Source: Candidatus Kapaibacterium sp. (GTDB lineage Bacteria > Bacteroidota > Ignavibacteria > Kapaibacteriales > UBA2268). From it: a stretch of DNA of 64,000 bases. Under the pieces are notes generated by a model. It did no database searches. It saw nothing but the letters and a program-made list of their open reading frames with translations, and was not told where the DNA came from. Below are positions 60,775 through 64,000 of this stretch, one piece after another. A program made the position numbers and the translations under genes. Location of the stretch: NCBI GenBank assembly GCA_963664875.1, contig OY761611.1, forward strand, positions 2,336,001 to 2,400,000, in the 5' to 3' direction. How positions within the stretch are numbered: the first letter of the stretch is position 1; each line of letters begins with the position of its first letter.

Positions 60775-63465
60775 CTAAAGCAATTTTTCTATCGCAGTGA
60801 GTTCAAATTTGGCATCTTCGTAGCGTGGATCTATTCTAATTGCCCACTCAAACATTGTTTTTGCATCTTCCGGCATACCTGCCTTTTTGAAACACATACC
60901 TGCTCCAAAGCAAACTCTTGGGTTATTTGGATTATATTCCAAAGCAGTGGTATAAATTTGATTCGCACCGTCCAGGTCATCCATCTCTAACATAATATCT
61001 GCAGTATGGCAAAGCAAATCATCCAGATACAGCCCAGCAGAACTTAAGTATTTGCTGTCTTTCCAGCTTTCTAGGGCAGGTGTGATAGTTTCAAATGCCT
61101 CTACATATTTTTCATTTATCAGGAAAAGTTTTGACTGCAAATACAAAGTATCAGGATGAGTATTATCTATAGCAGCAGATTTATCGAGATATTCTGCTGT
61201 TTTCTCATATTCTTCATCTTGCATTGAGATAAAAGCAAGTCTGTTTAGCACATGAATTTTGTATTTGTCGCTCAAATCGTCATCTAAAACACTTTTATAT
61301 AGCTCGATTGCTTCGTCGATATTCTCATAATTCATTTCGTTTTCGGCAATACCAACTTTAATATATGAGTCTTCGAGGTCAAAAAGTCTGTTTTGAGCTT
61401 TTGAAGACATATCTGTACCGTATATTTTATCTAATCTGCTAAGCACTTTCAAAGATGCCCTTTTCCAAGTCCAATATTTTCTAGCGGTTGCCGAGGCAAT
61501 GATGCCTCTGCTGATTACCTCTGCCGGATCTTTATGTATTTTTTGCATTATCTCCATCAGGTGCTGTTTGCTTGGTTCTAATACAAAAGCCTCTTCGACT
61601 AAAGCTTGTCCCGCAAAGTTATCGCCCACGGAACGAGGCTCCGCATCGATTAGCCAAGCAAAAGTATCAGAAACGAAATCATCAGTTGCTCCTCCGTTTG
61701 TAACTATTACCGGCAAGCCACAAGCCATAGCTTCTAATGTAGGTAAAGAAAAACCTTCGCCTCTGTAAGGGCAGACAAAAACATTACAGGCTCGATAAAG
61801 CTCTGCTATTGCCGCTTCTGGCATCATTTCATCAATATATATTATTTCAGGAGCATTAGGGTTGTTTTGTAAATCTAAAATTTGCTGCTTAGCAGTCTGA
61901 CCTTTATAGAAAGAATCGCCACCCATGTCTTTAATAACAAGGCATACATCGTCATCAGCAGTAAAAGCTTTAACATAGCTTTCTATTAGTATATCAATGC
62001 CTTTTCGGAAGATAGTACCTCCGACAAAAAGGAATTTAAAATTTTTCTTTGTGTTTAATTTGTATGCTTTCCCCTCCGGTTTGAACAAACTCGGATCGAT
62101 TCCGTTGGGGATTACCTGAACTTTGTCAAAGCTAATTCCGGAATTTATAAACGCCTGACGCGAGTAGTTAGATGGAGTCCAAATTTCATTTGCAGACTTC
62201 ATCGTGTCTGCCATGTCTTTCCTAAGTGAAGTAAACTCCCAAGGTTGCATGATAATCCATTTGGCACCCTTTGGCGGTTCTTGTTTTAGAGGCCATTGAT
62301 GTCTTATCCATGCATACGGCAAATCAGAAACTGCCTTGCTGACTTCAGCTTTAATTCTTATATCATTTTTTGCCAATTTAATATATTTATCGTTCCCCTC
62401 TGGTGCGAACCTGTCATCTTCAAAAGGGATAATTGTGATATTAGCTACTTCTGCATCTATAAGGTTGTTGCAATGTTCTCGGTTAATCAGAGCTAACGAA
62501 TGATATACAAATTGCGAGCCCTCCCAAACAATGTTAAGCTCCAAATCTGTTTCTGCTTCGTCATCATTTACTACTATATCAAAAAGGGCATTGTTGGATT
62601 GTTCCTCTGCTTCTTCGGAGCTAATTTCATCAGATGCTTCTGCTATTTCTGTAATGTTTTCTGTCTGTTCCTCATTTTGATTTTCTTCATTTTCTACAAC
62701 CGTTGTTACAAAAGCTGTAGTTGCTATTGATTCAATTTTTGATAGTAAATCGTTAGCAGATGCAGGGATATTTGTTCCTTTTGGCTCGTCAATATCTAAA
62801 GAAAAATCAAAGTTGGATAATTCATTATTGTCAGCTGTGAGATCTAATTTGAAAGAAAAAGGCTGTTGTTCTTCTTCCTTTTTAGCTATTACAGTCATAT
62901 TTAGATTAATAAACCCCGAAGACTGTGGGAAGTCGTGATCTTCGATAGAAACAATCTCAAAACCTGCTTTTTTCAAATGATTTGTTATGGAGTCATGGTC
63001 GAAGCCTACACAGTGATAATCGCCCGGGTTAGTCTGCCCGCCGAAAATCATATAAGAGGCAATATCTGCATTCCAATCACCCCTAACATAAGCTGCAATC
63101 TGAAGTTTTAGATTAGGGCATCTCACAATCAGTTCGCCTCCCGGCCTCAGCACTCGTGCCCATTCCGATAGTAGTCTGTCCACTTCTCTATGCGAAAAGT
63201 GCTCTAAAATGTCAGAAGCAAGTATAGTATCTACGCTATTGTCGTCGAATTCCAAATTTCTTATATCCATATTGACCACATAAGGATTGTCAGAATAAAG
63301 GTCAATATTGATAAACCCATCTCGGAAGTCTTTGCCACAGCCTAAATTGAGACGTAGTGGATAAGGAAGTACCTTGGGAAGTTCACCGGTAGCCTTATGA
63401 TTTGAAAATCCACCCGGCAAGCTTTCGTCGAATTGCAACCTATTCATAGACATAGCTATACTCAC
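60775..63465 (-). CDS. Methyltransferase-like + GT4 glycosyltransferase + TPR fusion
   Basis: LNLGCG..ILEH..RVLRPGG; acidic linker; PNGID, RKGID, EGFSLPTLEAMACG; C-terminal TPRs. Confidence 0.85.
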   Translation of the reverse strand: MSIAMSMNRLQFDESLPGGFSNHKATGELPKVLPYPLRLNLGCGKDFRDGFINIDLYSDNPYVVNMDIRNLEFDDNSVDTILASDILEHFSHREVDRLLSEWARVLRPGGELIVRCPNLKLQIAAYVRGDWNADIASYMIFGGQTNPGDYHCVGFDHDSITNHLKKAGFEIVSIEDHDFPQSSGFINLNMTVIAKKEEEQQPFSFKLDLTADNNELSNFDFSLDIDEPKGTNIPASANDLLSKIESIATTAFVTTVVENEENQNEEQTENITEIAEASDEISSEEAEEQSNNALFDIVVNDDEAETDLELNIVWEGSQFVYHSLALINREHCNNLIDAEVANITIIPFEDDRFAPEGNDKYIKLAKNDIRIKAEVSKAVSDLPYAWIRHQWPLKQEPPKGAKWIIMQPWEFTSLRKDMADTMKSANEIWTPSNYSRQAFINSGISFDKVQVIPNGIDPSLFKPEGKAYKLNTKKNFKFLFVGGTIFRKGIDILIESYVKAFTADDDVCLVIKDMGGDSFYKGQTAKQQILDLQNNPNAPEIIYIDEMMPEAAIAELYRACNVFVCPYRGEGFSLPTLEAMACGLPVIVTNGGATDDFVSDTFAWLIDAEPRSVGDNFAGQALVEEAFVLEPSKQHLMEIMQKIHKDPAEVISRGIIASATARKYWTWKRASLKVLSRLDKIYGTDMSSKAQNRLFDLEDSYIKVGIAENEMNYENIDEAIELYKSVLDDDLSDKYKIHVLNRLAFISMQDEEYEKTAEYLDKSAAIDNTHPDTLYLQSKLFLINEKYVEAFETITPALESWKDSKYLSSAGLYLDDLLCHTADIMLEMDDLDGANQIYTTALEYNPNNPRVCFGAGMCFKKAGMPEDAKTMFEWAIRIDPRYEDAKFELTAIEKLL

Positions 63466-63652
63466 TATTATTTATACGTATTAGTATGAAGCTATCAACA
63501 ATAATGCCAATTAGACATATAAAAAACTCTGAGAGGAAATAAAAAAAGAAATGGTAAAACAAAACAACAGCCACGTTCCGCATATCTATTGTAACTATGC
63601 AGCAGCGCAGCTGTGTTTGCTCAGAAGCAAGTTAGAGGTATGTTACTGAGCT

Positions 63653-63745
63653 TTAGCTCTGTCGATGTTCTTCAAAGTAGAGGAACAAGTTTAACGAAAG
63701 AGCTAATGAGGCAATGACGCAAAAATATATTATAAAAATTTCCAT
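63653..63745 (-). CDS. Unannotated 30-aa single-TM peptide
   Basis: GGAGGG 5 nt before the ATG; MEIFIIYFCVIASLALSLNLFLYFEEHRQS*. Confidence 0.55.
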   Translation of the reverse strand: MEIFIIYFCVIASLALSLNLFLYFEEHRQS

Positions 63746-64000
63746 ATCGACCCTCCGTTTATGTCCTTACTTATATTGACACTAAGGGGGATAAAAAGTC
63801 TCATTGTTGCAGAAGAAAGCTCTTAAATAGTCAAACTTATAAGGATAAAGAATTGTATAAGTGATATTGTTCAAGATTATTTGGAAAAATATTAAGTAAA
63901 AAATAGATTTTATGTGCAAATGAGCAAAAATATCCTTAAATTTAATATTATATAACAGATAAAAAACAAATTGAGGTAAAAATGCGCAAAATATTATTGC

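Overview
AT-rich chromosomal window, probably from an FCB-group bacterium of the Kapabacteria/Ignavibacteria type. This is inferred from several T9SS-CTD/choice-of-anchor-D proteins, a separate atpD-atpC pair and an Hc1-like histone. Most of the window is housekeeping or envelope genes: czcBAC-type efflux, atpDC, serS, prfA, rpiB, hslVU, glgA, mtnA, glnA and pccB. The 18.5-28.6 kb region is the unusual part. It holds (i) a tandem-duplicated T9SS beta-propeller gene bracketed by three copies of a ~210-bp inverted-repeat element, one copy having its interior flipped; (ii) a DnaA-box cluster, probably oriC, next to serS; (iii) a toxin-tip/immunity-like remnant; and (iv) the main candidate system. 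That system is a lone small GIY-YIG nuclease gene embedded in about 20 alternating, oppositely oriented 32-bp repeats that show stem covariation, interleaved with five parS-like palindromes. An RNB+dsRBD ribonuclease and a MazG-like gene follow directly. All calls are by eye; no searches were run.
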